This document shows, piece by piece, positions 17,337 through 26,389 of a stretch of DNA of 64,000 nucleotides. Position numbers and translations under genes: made by a program. This stretch comes from a virus. How positions within the stretch are numbered: the first letter of the stretch is position 1; the number at the start of each line of letters is the position of its first letter. The stretch spans positions 18,064-82,063 of the IMG/VR virus record IMGVR_UViG_3300024346_010589, one strand, 5' to 3'. The notes under the pieces are model-generated. The model was not told where the DNA came from, made no database searches, and was given only the letters and a program-made list of their open reading frames with translations.

Positions 17337-18305
17337 TCATAGAGAATTTAACGCTTGCCCTATTTTTAATAAAAAAGAAGATTTATTGTCGTAAATTAAT
17401 GTGGGGTTTTTTGCGTTAAAAAATGGATGATCCGACCCAAGGTCCACAAAAGTATGTGTGGTAGTTTTAGCGTAAGAGTTCATAACCACATTACCACCTA
17501 TACCGAAAGCTATACAAAGACTGGAGCGCGATGATAGAAAAGAGTCAATGGCTAAGTTGTTTAAGGTAAACCCAGCACTAGTGAAGTCAACTAGCGATTC
17601 TGCTGGTATTAAACTTCTACAAATCCCGTATATAGAACTAAAGTTACACATATCAGTCCTTTCACCAACGAGGCAAACTTTATAGTTAGAAGAACCTATC
17701 ACGCCAAACAATAAACTATGTAGAAATTGTTTATCCGGGGGGTTTAGGCTTCTGTTCCTGGTGTGGATGCAGATATATTTAGTTTTAGAGAAGTGAGCCA
17801 TCTCTGTGGTTATATTAATCCCTTCGAATAATTCATTTGATAAGTTTTGATGAGGTAGGTCGGGAAAAACTTGTGAGGCTAAAACGTCCTGGGTTCCGGC
17901 AAAACCCTGAAAGTACAATTCATCACCAAAAAAATTACCTCCTATTGGTCCATTGGGGTTTAATGCCAAAGATATAAAGATATTCGCGTCAGATGGAAAT
18001 ATTTTTTTAATAAAAGGGACCAAGACGGAGTTAAGATAATCAGGTATCTGTTGACATCTTTGTTCAAATGGTCGTTTTAAAAAACGTAGATGCAAGAATT
18101 TTTTCCCACCTATGAATAGGGGGGTATCGCCGCCACCGACAAAACTAGCCCAATGCTCGCATTTTTTAAGTGGGTTAGATTTATGTGTTGGCATCACGTA
18201 ATCTCTTAAGATTAATAGATCCCCTATTCCGCATCTAGAAAAAATAGATAAAGTTTCGTGAGCATATGTCTGTAGTGATGCTAGGTCTTGGGTTATGCAA
18301 ATCAT
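17337..18305 (-). CDS. Putative GT-B fold glycosyltransferase (GT9-like, divergent)
   Basis: GIGDLL near the N-terminus, YICIHTR, VCLVGER and IAFGIGG, in a glycan gene context. Confidence 0.45.
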   Translation of the reverse strand: MICITQDLASLQTYAHETLSIFSRCGIGDLLILRDYVMPTHKSNPLKKCEHWASFVGGGDTPLFIGGKKFLHLRFLKRPFEQRCQQIPDYLNSVLVPFIKKIFPSDANIFISLALNPNGPIGGNFFGDELYFQGFAGTQDVLASQVFPDLPHQNLSNELFEGINITTEMAHFSKTKYICIHTRNRSLNPPDKQFLHSLLFGVIGSSNYKVCLVGERTDMCNFSSIYGICRSLIPAESLVDFTSAGFTLNNLAIDSFLSSRSSLCIAFGIGGNVVMNSYAKTTTHTFVDLGSDHPFFNAKNPTLIYDNKSSFLLKIGQALNSL

Positions 18306-18318
18306 ATCAAGTTAAGAG

Positions 18319-19446
18319 CTAGAAAAAGGAACTCAAGTATTTGTGTTTTATATTAGAGATTTTATAATTATTATATAAAGATGATTGGTAAGAAGATAAT
18401 TGTTTAAGCTTAACCCTACTCTTTGTTAAAAGATTCTGTAATTTTATTGATGCAGATTGATGGTCGAAGTATAGATGAGGGTGGTTTTTAAATTCAAATA
18501 TAAACTCCGAATTAAAACCAATATGGTCGGTTATTCTTGTTGTTGAGCAATGAAGTATTGGTATACCTATGCAGGAAGCTTCGATTTGAGAATATTGTAT
18601 TACTAAACCATTAGACACCCCTAGTAGTATTGGATGAAAATTGAACATTAGTTTACATCTTTGCATAAATGAAAACACCTCGTTAATATGACCACATTCA
18701 TGTACAGATAGATTCTCTGGAACCATGCCGTTTGGAATATTTGAGTTATCTTTTCCAACCAGAACAAACTCAATATCAGGATTGGCTTTGCATAAGGATA
18801 ACAACCAGTCCCTGCAGCTTGCTAACACTTTTATGCACGTTTGTTGTCTTGAGAAAACTCTACTACACACTATTAAAACCTTGTTGTTTGATTCATCACT
18901 ACAAGCCCAAGAGTTTTCTAGTTCGCACATATCTTTAATTGGTATATTAAGTTGAGCGAACTTATTCGTTGGTAGGTTTTTAGTGGCGATTGGAAGTAAG
19001 TGTTTGTGGCAAAAAATATACCTAGAGCTATTAGAGTTGATAAATTTAGTATTGAATTGAGCTAATCCTTCGTACCCCGTTTCTGAGGGTAAGACCCCGT
19101 CCCCCCATATTAGGAAGTATTTAGGGCAATTAAGGTCCATTAGTCTTAAGTTTAGCTTTTCTGGTACAAAAAAATAAGAAATTATAAAATCAAAGTTCAT
19201 TGAAGCAATAATATTGCATATTGCGTCAGCGCCTTCTTTAGACATGTTTTTATTGAATAAATTATATCTATTAGTTAATTCTTCGTTTAAGATGGTGGAG
19301 TGTTCTCTGTAGGTTGATTCGTAATTTTTTTCTTCATCGCTGATGAAAGGTGGAGCAAAAGTATCCACCCCGATGCTCTTAAATAAAGCACAGAAGTTAA
19401 CCATTGCTTGTTGGTGGCCAAGTAGTATTAACGCCCTCTTTTTCAT
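18319..19446 (-). CDS. Putative GT-B fold glycosyltransferase (divergent)
   Basis: Two-Rossmann pattern, NPDIEFVLVGK and IEASCIGIPIL resembling the GT4 C-terminal EA..G.P motif. Confidence 0.45.
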   Translation of the reverse strand: MKKRALILLGHQQAMVNFCALFKSIGVDTFAPPFISDEEKNYESTYREHSTILNEELTNRYNLFNKNMSKEGADAICNIIASMNFDFIISYFFVPEKLNLRLMDLNCPKYFLIWGDGVLPSETGYEGLAQFNTKFINSNSSRYIFCHKHLLPIATKNLPTNKFAQLNIPIKDMCELENSWACSDESNNKVLIVCSRVFSRQQTCIKVLASCRDWLLSLCKANPDIEFVLVGKDNSNIPNGMVPENLSVHECGHINEVFSFMQRCKLMFNFHPILLGVSNGLVIQYSQIEASCIGIPILHCSTTRITDHIGFNSEFIFEFKNHPHLYFDHQSASIKLQNLLTKSRVKLKQLSSYQSSLYNNYKISNIKHKYLSSFF

Positions 19447-19450
19447 TGTA

Positions 19451-20329
19451 TTATTTAAGTGGGTATCTGCTTAGCGCTAAATCTAGATTGTCGGCTTTAT
19501 ATATTATTGTTTTATTCTTATGGTGGGTAAAATCTTTTGTAGACCAATGTTCCCCTTTAACTAACTCTATCCTTGGTATATTTGAGTCGCAATAATCGCT
19601 TGAAGTTAAGCAAGTTATTCCAGAAGAGCAGCTAATGAATAAATCCACAGAATTGTACATCTCGGCATTAGACATGAATGAGCCGGAATAATGAAATAAA
19701 TTTAAACCAAGCTCCAGGTCGACAGTATCCAAGTATTTGGGTTTATTTTTACCTGAAAAAATAATATTAAAACCAGTTCCTTTGTAGAATTTCAAGATCA
19801 TTAAGATGCAATCTAGATTCATGAAGCTTTGCTGAGAAAGGAATTCATACTCAAGCATAATTATCGGCCTATTTGGTAATTTATCTAGAAAAGATTTTGC
19901 TTCACTCTTCTCTCTAGTGGATAACTCTACATGTGGTATAAAATCGCAATTCCAATCCTTTATCCCGCTAGATTTATCCTTAATAATCCTAAGCAGTCGA
20001 TCCTTGGGCGTTCCATCATATTCCGACCACATGTATGGAGCTGGAAAAATTATTTGACTAAAATCCTCAATATTCAATACGCCACTGTTGATTTGACCCT
20101 TAAAGAGTCGAGATAAAGGAAATGGTGGGTAGTCATTTAGGCCTTCGTTTAAAGTAAGCACCGAATCAATCTTTGAGTTGTTTTCAATAATATGCCTGTA
20201 TTTTCCTTTAGTTAAGAAGGACACATGGTTGTCTTTTGATGCTTTTTTGTAGTGTGTAGCAATCGGCGTCGTGTTGAGGATGTCACCCATTCCGCCAAAA
20301 TTCACAATTAATATTTTTTCACTTGACAT
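19451..20329 (-). CDS. GT9 (heptosyltransferase-like) glycosyltransferase
   Basis: KILIVNFGGMGDILNTTPI..VSFLTK..IIENNSKIDSV and DLFISCSSG. Confidence 0.75.
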   Translation of the reverse strand: MSSEKILIVNFGGMGDILNTTPIATHYKKASKDNHVSFLTKGKYRHIIENNSKIDSVLTLNEGLNDYPPFPLSRLFKGQINSGVLNIEDFSQIIFPAPYMWSEYDGTPKDRLLRIIKDKSSGIKDWNCDFIPHVELSTREKSEAKSFLDKLPNRPIIMLEYEFLSQQSFMNLDCILMILKFYKGTGFNIIFSGKNKPKYLDTVDLELGLNLFHYSGSFMSNAEMYNSVDLFISCSSGITCLTSSDYCDSNIPRIELVKGEHWSTKDFTHHKNKTIIYKADNLDLALSRYPLK

Positions 20330-20350
20330 TTTCTTAATTTATGTTATAAT
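20323..20350 (+). promoter_or_regulatory. sigma70-type promoter P1 of the rightward operon
   Basis: TTGACA-16 nt-TATAAT with TGn extended -10; overlaps the start codon of the leftward GT9 gene. Confidence 0.65.
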
Positions 20351-20379
20351 GCTTCAAAAGCTTTAGCTATTGAAGCTAT

Positions 20380-20458
20380 TCTCATGTTAATCTTATTTGT
20401 CTCACGTTAGTCTAATCAATTAGTAATTCTTACGGAGACCTCATATCTTACGAAGACC
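20380..20458. repeat. Two pairs of direct repeats with a shared TCTYAYG core in the divergent intergenic region
   Basis: TCTCATGTTAATCT (20380) and TCTCACGTTAGTCT (20400); TCTTACGGAGACC (20428) and TCTTACGAAGACC (20446). Confidence 0.7.
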
Positions 20459-20489
20459 AAGCGCGCGCGATTTTTTTCTTTATTTTTGC

Positions 20490-20518
20490 TTGACATTACT
20501 ATGATTATATGTTAGTCT
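20490..20518 (+). promoter_or_regulatory. sigma70-type promoter P2 upstream of the sigma factor gene
   Basis: TTGACA-17 nt-TAGTCT with TGn. Confidence 0.6.
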
Positions 20519-20539
20519 ATCATTTATTCTAAATAAAAA

Positions 20540-21136
20540 ATGGAAATAAACTCCTTATCCGATAATGAGCTGGTCTGCAATTTGCAGGTTGGTGTAGAGC
20601 CCGAGCAAAGCTTGGGTGAATTGGTTCAACGTCATAGTGGTATATTCATAACAATGGTGAATAATTACTCCCCCACTAGTACTTCCGGGATAGTGTCTGA
20701 TAGAGTTGACCTACTAAAGGATAGGAATTACTACATATATAAAGCGGCGCTAAAATATGATGATTCCAGAAATACTAAATTTTCAACCCATCTGGGTAAT
20801 GAGACGAGGTGGTTGTGCTTAAACCTATATAATAAAAATAAGAACTCGAAAGAAGTTCACATGGATTATGCCGACATTGGTAAAAGGTCAGAGACTCAAC
20901 CTGAGGATAAAAAAGTAGACCTAGAGGTTTTAAGTAAGATCATGAATTTAATAAATAAAGATCCTGACACTAGGGTTTCAAAAATATTCAGAATGAGATA
21001 CATAGAAGGGCAGAGAAACAACGTAATGCCGTGGAATAAAATATGCAAGCCGCTAAAGCTTAGCATACAAGGATGTATAAATATCCACGACAAAGCAATC
21101 ACTAAAATAAAAAGAGAACTAAAGAACGAATTATGA
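20540..21136 (+). CDS. Phage sigma70-family sigma factor
   Basis: LSDNELV (region 1.2), LVQRHSG, AALKYDDSRNTKFSTHL (region 2.3) and a C-terminal region-4-like HTH (IFRMRY...IHDKAITKIK). Confidence 0.8.
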   Translation: MEINSLSDNELVCNLQVGVEPEQSLGELVQRHSGIFITMVNNYSPTSTSGIVSDRVDLLKDRNYYIYKAALKYDDSRNTKFSTHLGNETRWLCLNLYNKNKNSKEVHMDYADIGKRSETQPEDKKVDLEVLSKIMNLINKDPDTRVSKIFRMRYIEGQRNNVMPWNKICKPLKLSIQGCINIHDKAITKIKRELKNEL

Positions 21137-21522
21137 TAAATAAATTTATAGGAATAGGTCACCTAACAAAAGACCCAGAGACTAAATCATTCGAGAGTAG
21201 CAACACTAAGTGCTCATTTTCACTAGCAATAAACAGCTCCAAAGACGAAGTGCTATTTATGGACACCGAATGCTGGAATAAAACTGCAGATAACTGCAAG
21301 AAGTTTTTATCAAAAGGGTCTTGTGTTTACGTTGAGGGCAAAATCAAAGTCAGCAAATGGGAAGATAAGAATGGAAATTCAAGACAGAAGTTCTACCTTG
21401 GTGCTGACCTAGTAAGATTCCTACCTAGCGGAAAGAAAGAGTCAAACACTGTTGCTGTTGAAAATCCACAACCCAGCCCTACTATACAATCAATAGTAGA
21501 AGAAGAAGAAATGCCATTTTAA
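21133..21522 (+). CDS. ssb: Single-stranded DNA-binding protein
   Basis: INKFIGIGHLTKDPE, LSKGSCVYVEGKI..WEDKNG and acidic tail EEEMPF. Confidence 0.93.
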   Translation: MINKFIGIGHLTKDPETKSFESSNTKCSFSLAINSSKDEVLFMDTECWNKTADNCKKFLSKGSCVYVEGKIKVSKWEDKNGNSRQKFYLGADLVRFLPSGKKESNTVAVENPQPSPTIQSIVEEEEMPF

Positions 21523-21525
21523 ATT

Positions 21526-22611
21526 ATGAACAAAATAAACTTCAGCGGACCAATCAATTCCTTGAGTTTCGGCAACGTTACTTATAATATGCTAAAATCC
21601 CTGCACAGTAAAAGTGTAGATATATCATTCTTCCCTATGGGTAGCTCTCTAGATTTTAGCGCTTACGATAAAGTTGACAGTGACTTCAAGTCTTGGATAG
21701 ATAGTTCCTACAATAATAGATTCTCAAATCTATCAAAAGATTCTGTATCTCTAAAAATGTGGCATATAAATGGCGCCGAGTCAAGAGTTGGATCAACTCA
21801 ATATTTATATACTTTCTATGAGACGGATGAACCTACAGATACTGAAACCAACATCTGCAAGATACAGGATAAATGCATCTTTAGTAGTTCTCATGCTAGA
21901 GATTGTTTCGATAAATCTGGAGTAGAGAATACTGAATATATCCCAATCGGATTTGACACAGACTTCTTTGAAACTAATAAGACATATTTAGAAGGAAGGA
22001 TTAATTTTGGCATCGTAGGCAAGTTCGAAAAAAGAAAACACACCGAAAGGATAATCAAACTTTGGGCAGATAGATATGGCAATAATAATGATTATCAGTT
22101 AACATGCTGCATTAATAATCCATTCTTTAAGCCCGAGCAAATGGGTCAAGTTTTAACTAAAGCTACCAATGGAAAAAGATTTAGTAATATAAACTTTTTA
22201 CCTCATCTGAAGACCAACTCAGAAATGAATGAGCTCTACAACTCTATTGACATTAACCTAAGTGGTTTAAGCGGAGCGGAAGGATGGAACCTGCCTGCAT
22301 TTAATTCTACCTGCCTAGGAAAATGGAGCGTTGTATTGAATGCCACATCTCACAAAGATTGGGCCACAAAAGATAACTCAATATTAGTTGAACCAGAGGG
22401 TAAAGAAGAAATTTATGACGGAGCTTTCTTCCAAAAAGGTCAACCATTCAACCAAGGCAACCTAAATACATTCTCAGACCAATCGTTCTACAAAGCGCTA
22501 GATAAAGCTATAGATAAATATGGAGAAAGAAACGAAAAAGGTGTTGAAATAAAAGAAGTATTTACTTATGATAATACAGTTGAAAAAATCTTAAACTTAA
22601 TAAACAAATGA
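21526..22611 (+). CDS. GT4-like glycosyltransferase
   Basis: TFYETD, IPIGFD, VGKFEKRK, MNELYNSID and EGWNLP. Confidence 0.8.
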   Translation: MNKINFSGPINSLSFGNVTYNMLKSLHSKSVDISFFPMGSSLDFSAYDKVDSDFKSWIDSSYNNRFSNLSKDSVSLKMWHINGAESRVGSTQYLYTFYETDEPTDTETNICKIQDKCIFSSSHARDCFDKSGVENTEYIPIGFDTDFFETNKTYLEGRINFGIVGKFEKRKHTERIIKLWADRYGNNNDYQLTCCINNPFFKPEQMGQVLTKATNGKRFSNINFLPHLKTNSEMNELYNSIDINLSGLSGAEGWNLPAFNSTCLGKWSVVLNATSHKDWATKDNSILVEPEGKEEIYDGAFFQKGQPFNQGNLNTFSDQSFYKALDKAIDKYGERNEKGVEIKEVFTYDNTVEKILNLINK

Positions 22612-22796
22612 ACATCAAAAAACAAGATGGTGGAGTCCTTCTTTGCTGCGGTAAAGGAAGATGCCCAGTGCTTAAAAAATCTAAAGAAAAAACAGATCAC
22701 TACACCCTCACCGATGATTTCGGCGGGGAAGTATCCTTGACTCAAGAGCAACTTCTAGTTATTAAAGAAGCGCTAGAGTCGCTAAATGGCAATTGA
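22608..22796 (+). CDS. Small Cys-containing hypothetical protein
   Basis: 62 aa with LCCGKGRCP; ATGA overlap with the upstream gene. Confidence 0.65.
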   Translation: MNIKKQDGGVLLCCGKGRCPVLKKSKEKTDHYTLTDDFGGEVSLTQEQLLVIKEALESLNGN

Positions 22797-23082
22797 ATTA
22801 ATCTCCTGTGTCGGCTTAATGTGGATCCTCAGGTATGGGTCCATATTAAGTCGTCCGAGGAATTTTATTTTTAAATATTCTAATTTATTAAAGGAATTAT
22901 TTAATTGTAGTTTATGTTTAGGTTTTTGGTGTGGTTTATTGATTGGTTTATTAATGTATTATTTTAAAGAAAGTAATATTTTATATTTGTTATTTCCTTT
23001 ATGTTCTAGTGCTTGTTGTTGGTTATTTGATTCTCTATTGGATTTAATACAATTAAGCTGTAATAAGTTAGATAAAAAATAG
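22786..23082 (+). CDS. Small membrane protein with CxxC (DUF1360-like)
   Basis: LFNCSLCLGFW followed by two hydrophobic helices. Confidence 0.6.
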   Translation: MAIELISCVGLMWILRYGSILSRPRNFIFKYSNLLKELFNCSLCLGFWCGLLIGLLMYYFKESNILYLLFPLCSSACCWLFDSLLDLIQLSCNKLDKK

Positions 23083-23111
23083 TTGACAATATAGTAGATA
23101 TCTGGTATAAT
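23083..23111 (+). promoter_or_regulatory. Consensus sigma70 promoter giving a near-leaderless mRNA
   Basis: TTGACA-17 nt-TATAAT with TGG; the ATG lies 8 nt after the -10 box. Confidence 0.85.
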
Positions 23112-23119
23112 CTAACACT

Positions 23120-23506
23120 ATGCCAATGTATATCTTTCAAAACCCTGAGACCGAAGAGGAAACAGAAGTGTTCTTCCACATGAATGATGAGAAGAAGTAT
23201 GTAGATGAGAAAGGATTAGAATGGAAAAGAATCTTTACGTCATCCCAATTAAACACAGAAGGTTCTATTGACCCCTGGGATAATGCTAGCTTTGTAAACT
23301 CTACTGCAAACATGAAGGGTAGTATTGGTGACATGATGGATAAGAGCGCCGAACTTTCATCTATGCGCGCCGAAAAGAATGATGGCGTAGATCCACTAAA
23401 GAAAAAATACTTTGAAAACTACTCTAAGGAAAGAGGAGGAACAAAACATCATATGGAAAAAACTAAAACATATGAAAGTAAAAACGTTAAAATAGACTTC
23501 GATTAA
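23120..23506 (+). CDS. FmdB-like N-terminus protein without the Cys ligands
   Basis: MPMYIFQNPETEEETEV...WKRIFTS resembles the MPxYxYxC zinc-ribbon family, but the cysteines are replaced. Confidence 0.55.
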   Translation: MPMYIFQNPETEEETEVFFHMNDEKKYVDEKGLEWKRIFTSSQLNTEGSIDPWDNASFVNSTANMKGSIGDMMDKSAELSSMRAEKNDGVDPLKKKYFENYSKERGGTKHHMEKTKTYESKNVKIDFD

Positions 23507-23508
23507 TT

Positions 23509-24078
23509 ATGAGCTTACAATTATACAAACCAAATAAATACAACTCTGGATTCGGTTTCAGTTTCTCAATGGGTCACGACAAGAATAGCGGCGAGCCTAT
23601 CTTATTTGTGTCAGCTATTATGCAGTACAGCTGGGATGAGAAAGCTAGACGAGGAACCTTCATCAAAAACAAAGAAGACCCAGAGAAAAACATTACCTTG
23701 AAATTTAATGAGTTTGAGTGTGGCTCAATAATCAACGCAGTAAAGAATAGATTTGCATACGACACCTTCCATCAATTCGAAGGTAAAAAAACTACTATAA
23801 AATTTACTCCATGGGATAAGGAATCTAAAGTTTCTAAGTTTGACCCAAAAACAAAAAGCTACAAAGAAGAAATTCAAATACTACCAAACTTCGGATTAAC
23901 AATTATCAAAAACGGAAGCAGTACATTCAAATGCTCCTTAGAAGCTGGAGAGGCAGAATGCTTATCTAGATTTCTTGAAACTATTTTAACCAGAATATAC
24001 AACTTTCGCATAGAGAAAAATATTGAGTCATTTTCTAAATCCAAATACTCTAACCCTGAAGAAGACTGCCCGATTTAA
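23509..24078 (+). CDS. Putative Whirly/PC4-fold ssDNA-binding protein
   Basis: LQLYK...LKFNEFECGSII...TFHQ...CSLEAGEAECL parallels the two beta4-alpha repeats of Whirly. Confidence 0.45.
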   Translation: MSLQLYKPNKYNSGFGFSFSMGHDKNSGEPILFVSAIMQYSWDEKARRGTFIKNKEDPEKNITLKFNEFECGSIINAVKNRFAYDTFHQFEGKKTTIKFTPWDKESKVSKFDPKTKSYKEEIQILPNFGLTIIKNGSSTFKCSLEAGEAECLSRFLETILTRIYNFRIEKNIESFSKSKYSNPEEDCPI

Positions 24079-25985
24079 TGAAGAAGATATTATTTCATAG
24101 CAATCACAGTAAAGCATTTACTGGCTTCGGAAAGAATTGCAAGAACGTATTATCCTACCTGTATTCTACCGGAAAATATGAAATTATAGAAGCCTGCAAT
24201 GGGATGCCAAAGTCTCATCCAGCTTTATCCAAGATGCCCTGGAAGTGCGTTGGCACATTGCCGGACGACCAAAGAAAACTGCAACAATTACAGAAAGATC
24301 CAAATACCGCAAGGATCGCCAGCTATGGTGGAGAAACAATAGACGACTTAATAAAAGAATTCAAGCCTGATATATATATTGGCGCCGAAGACATTTGGGG
24401 CTTTAATGGATACTGGAAAAGGAAATGGTGGGACAAGATAAACTCCATCATATGGACGACATTAGACTCTGAACCTATATTGCCACTAGCGCTTGAAGCT
24501 GCTCCATTTGTTAAAAACTTTTATGTTTGGGCTAGTTTTGCTGAAAGAGAATTAAATAAACTAGGACACGAACACGTTAAAACCCTAAGAGGCGTAGTCA
24601 AGACAGAGAGCTTCTTTAAAATTCCAACCAAACACAAAGAACATTTAAGAAAAAAATTCCTAATAGACTCAAATTCTTTTGTAATTGGCTTTGTTTTCAG
24701 AAACCAACTAAGAAAGAGTGTGCCTAATTTAATGGATGGGTTCTCGTCATTCCTTAGGGATAATCCTGACTCAAACGCCAAACTATTACTCCACACGCAC
24801 TGGGGCGAAGGCTGGGATATAGTCAGGTTGATAAAGGAAAAGGGTATAGAGAACTCAAGAATACTCACAACGTATTATTGCAAGAAATGCAAGCAGTACG
24901 AAATTAAACCATTCTCAGGCCAAGAACTTGATTGCAAATACTGCAGATCCAAAAAAAGCCAAAACACCACAAACGTACAGGCTGGGGTTTCTGAAAATCA
25001 ACTGAATGAAATATACAACCTAATGGATGTATACTGTCATCCGTTCACTTCCGGCGGTCAAGAAATACCAATTCAAGAAGCTAAGCTTACCGAGCTTGTA
25101 ACCCTTGTCACAAACTATAGCTGCGGCGAGGACACCTCAACTACAGAGAGCGGATCCTTCCCGCTTGAGTGGGCTGAATACAGGGAGCCTGGAACTCAAT
25201 TTATAAAAGCTAGCACCTATCCATCCAGCATCGCCAAGCAGTTGACAAAAGTTTTCAAAATGAAAGCCAACAAGAAGGCTAAGATGGGCAAAACTGGAAG
25301 AAAGTTCGTTATAGATAATTTCTCCCCAGAAGTAATAGGCGCCCAACTAGAAGATATATTTGATTCAATGCCTGACCATAATTTTGATTTCGACTTCAAG
25401 GATAAGCCAAGAAATCCTAATTACATCCCACGAAATATAACTTGCGACTCAGAATGGTTGGTTGACATTTATAAAAATATCCTAATCATGGACGTGGATG
25501 CAAAGACTGACGAAGGCCACAAGTACTGGATGGGTGAAATCTCAAAAGGGAAAACAAGAGACGAAGTTCTTCAATTCTTTAAAGATGTTGCCAATAAAGA
25601 AAATTCTTCAATTCCATCTTCTTTTGATTTTGAGAAATTTCTTGACGACGAAGGCGCAGAGAACAGGATTGCTGTAGTTATGCCTGGAAGCGGCGGCGAT
25701 GTATTGTGGGTTAATTCACTGATATCTAATCTAAAGTCTCTCTATCCATCCCATAATATATATTTTATAACAGACCCAAAGTTTTATCCCTTTATTGAAG
25801 ACAATCCTTGCGTGCATAAATTAATACCATATAGTGATCGGATCGATTCCTTGACCTTCCTGGAGGGTGTGGGCGAACACAAAGGATACTTTGACGTAGC
25901 CTACCTTCCCCATATCGGAACTCAAAAAATATATAACTATATACACAACGGCAGAGACAAAAGTCAACTAGATTTATTGCCATGA
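24078..25985 (+). CDS. Multidomain glycosyltransferase: GT4-like with Zn ribbon, DUF4214-like domain and GT9 N-terminal half
   Basis: TGFG, RNQLRK, CKKC..CKYC and GGQEIPIQEA; WLVDIYKNIL..DEGHKYW..GKTRDEV; RIAVVMPGSGGDVL..IEDNPCV. Confidence 0.75.
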   Translation: MKKILFHSNHSKAFTGFGKNCKNVLSYLYSTGKYEIIEACNGMPKSHPALSKMPWKCVGTLPDDQRKLQQLQKDPNTARIASYGGETIDDLIKEFKPDIYIGAEDIWGFNGYWKRKWWDKINSIIWTTLDSEPILPLALEAAPFVKNFYVWASFAERELNKLGHEHVKTLRGVVKTESFFKIPTKHKEHLRKKFLIDSNSFVIGFVFRNQLRKSVPNLMDGFSSFLRDNPDSNAKLLLHTHWGEGWDIVRLIKEKGIENSRILTTYYCKKCKQYEIKPFSGQELDCKYCRSKKSQNTTNVQAGVSENQLNEIYNLMDVYCHPFTSGGQEIPIQEAKLTELVTLVTNYSCGEDTSTTESGSFPLEWAEYREPGTQFIKASTYPSSIAKQLTKVFKMKANKKAKMGKTGRKFVIDNFSPEVIGAQLEDIFDSMPDHNFDFDFKDKPRNPNYIPRNITCDSEWLVDIYKNILIMDVDAKTDEGHKYWMGEISKGKTRDEVLQFFKDVANKENSSIPSSFDFEKFLDDEGAENRIAVVMPGSGGDVLWVNSLISNLKSLYPSHNIYFITDPKFYPFIEDNPCVHKLIPYSDRIDSLTFLEGVGEHKGYFDVAYLPHIGTQKIYNYIHNGRDKSQLDLLP

Positions 25986-26389
25986 ACCCAAAGGATGAAA
26001 GCATCTTATCAGTGCCTATATCAGTAGGTGAATTGTTTGATAGAATTTCTGTATTAGAAGTTAAAAGAATAAAGATTAACGATCCAGAAAAGCTTTCTCA
26101 CGTGAATAATGAATACGAATTACTACTCCCCCTATGCGAGGAACGTATTTCAATAAAACCAGAACTAAAGTCATTACTCTCAGATATAACAGACGTCAAC
26201 GAAAACCTATGGGACATACTAGAGCACCAAAGAAATAAAGAAAAGAATAAAGAATTAGATCAAGAGTTTATAAACATATCTATATCAGTATACAGAGAGA
26301 ATGATAAAAGATTTAATATTAAAAATGAAATTAATAATTTAACTAATTCAAAAATTAAAGAACAAAAATATTATACCGCAGAAAAATGA
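25982..26389 (+). CDS. DUF6165-like helical protein
   Basis: VPISVGELFDRISVLEVK, NENLWD, NDKRFNIKNEIN and EQKYY. Confidence 0.65.
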   Translation: MNPKDESILSVPISVGELFDRISVLEVKRIKINDPEKLSHVNNEYELLLPLCEERISIKPELKSLLSDITDVNENLWDILEHQRNKEKNKELDQEFINISISVYRENDKRFNIKNEINNLTNSKIKEQKYYTAEK

